From: Hydrolagus affinis
Lineage: Eukaryota
Reading direction: 5' to 3'
NCBI GenBank assembly: GCA_012026655.1
Contig: JAAILG010000635.1
Coordinates: 1 to 64,000 of the forward strand
Length of the DNA: 64,000 bases
The notes below the pieces were generated by a model. The model searched no databases. It was not told where the DNA came from and was given only the letters and a program-made list of their open reading frames with translations. Made by a program: the position numbers and the translations under genes. Below, piece by piece: positions 62,403 to 64,000 of this stretch (positions within the stretch are counted from its first letter, which is position 1; the number at the start of each line of letters is the position of its first letter).

Positions 62403-64000
62403 ACAGGGTCCCAATGTGCTCTGTTCGGCTAAAAGGTCCAGAAAGAGACCTGAGAACACGGACTGCTTAAAAAGGACTGAAGATTGCAAGTGTGCGTTCG
62501 TTTCGTTCATTCATTAGGACTGACTCGGGGGCAGAAATGAAATGCAATGCAATGCAACGCGTGAAGAAAAGCTGTAAAAGCCTCTCTGGTGACAGGTAGT
62601 AAGTAGAATATATAACAGGTGACATGTCCCAGGACGATCATGAAATTTACACGCGTTGTCAGCTCAGAGCTTTGGAATGAGCGGCCGGGGCCCCAGCAAA
62701 ACAGCCTGGCATTAATCGCAAACCATTACAGTCCAAAAAAAAACCCAGCCGCTGCCTAGCGCACAGCAATTTGTTTCACTTTTACTGCTAGCAGTTGCCA
62801 ACTAGTAATTACAAACAGAGTTTGGGAAAACGTGACTGACTGACTGACTGAGCTGGATTGTTTACAGCGGATCGAGACCAAACATTGACAGAAAGGATTT
62901 GAGCAAGAAATAAGTAATGAGACGAATATATANNNNNNNNNNNNNNNNNNNNNNNNNNNNNNNNNNNNNNNNNNNNNNNNNNNNNNNNNNNNNNNNNNNN
63001 NNNNNNNNNNNNNNNNNNNNNNNNNNNNNNNNCCCCCCCCCCCCCCCCCCACACACACTCTCAATCCCCCAAAAAAAGTTCACTTGTGTATTTTTTTAAA
63101 AGTAAATAAAAGAAAAGAAAAGATCCAGAGAAGTCACAAGCTGTACAGTTCACAGCCTCCAAGACAAGACACAAGGATGACTGAAATCAAAATGTCAAAA
63201 GTTATATTGTGGCATTCAAGTAATTAGAAAATCCACATATGTATAACTCACACACACATAAAACAAATTAACTCAGCAATTTTTTTTTAAATTCCCTAAA
63301 CATATACCACCGGACTCAACAAAATTCACTTTCTATCTGGAAATATTGTATTATTAATTACACGCAAGTTTAGCCATATAATTAAGAGAAGGGCGCCTTG
63401 TACCCAGTTGCAAATGCAATATAATAAAATTATGTTAATGGTGGTTCTAAACCGGATTATTTTGTGGATAATTAATGATAAGCTTAATAGTAAGAGAGAA
63501 TATTACTTTGTTGGCAAATAGTGTCAATTAAGGTGAAAAGAGGGTTTTCATTCCTGAAACACCCCCCCAACAAAAATAAAAACATTGAGGGGCGGGGAGA
63601 AAATGCCATGAAAACTGATTTTACAGGGCAGGTTACACACACAGGATACTGTGAATTATCTTGCCAGAGTAACCTTTAGACTGAAATAATAGGGAGGGGG
63701 TGGGGGGGGGGGGGGAAAGAAACGTTATATTCAGATGAATATCGCTGGCAGCCTGCAGCTATCTGGTCAGGATCCTAACATAAGCCCTATCCAAAGTATA
63801 CTTATATTTCTGATTGTAACTCGAAAAAAAAACGATGTCTGCAATCTGTGTAAAAATATATCCTCAGTGTAATGTTACACTTGCTCAATCGTGGGGAGGG
63901 GAGGAGTGGGTGTGTGTGTGGGGGGGCGGGGGGGGCGCATAGAAAAATCTTACACAAACTGAGGGTCATTTTATTATTCAAATAAAGATCACAGTCTAAT

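Noticed and set aside
1-64000. CRISPR array, operon or other prokaryotic system
   Set aside because: No regularly spaced repeats, negligible coding density and a clearly vertebrate repeat landscape

Overview
AT-rich, non-coding vertebrate genomic DNA from a draft assembly with 9 N-gaps. No intact protein-coding gene, rRNA, true tRNA or CRISPR array can be supported, and the supplied ORFs are chance ORFs, gap-spanning artefacts or transposon relics. The repeat content points to a cartilaginous fish, plausibly a chimaera such as Callorhinchus (inference, not verified). It includes a dominant ~300-bp tRNA-headed SINE with a Deu-like core and (ATT)n tail, older DeuSINE-type copies, L2 and CR1 LINE 3' ends, and Penelope-like palindromes. 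The middle (~11-47 kb and ~53.6-60 kb) is repeat-rich. Three repeat-poor blocks (~1-11 kb, ~47.5-53.6 kb, ~60-64 kb) hold dense, enhancer-like sequence typical of the intron or flank of a developmental regulator, but the gene cannot be named from this window. Most notable items: (1) a TSD-flanked ~200-bp palindromic insertion at 16.1-16.35 kb whose loop carries a CpG-decayed minimal hammerhead ribozyme; (2) a candidate conserved enhancer at 2.3-2.9 kb with PBX-HOX, MEIS and Pax-type motifs; (3) a candidate 66-nt exon with stops in all frames at 208-273; (4) a Ty3/Gypsy RNase H fossil; (5) SINE variants that record how the dominant family may have evolved. I found no convincing evidence of a wholly new biological system. 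All coordinates and alignments were read by eye.
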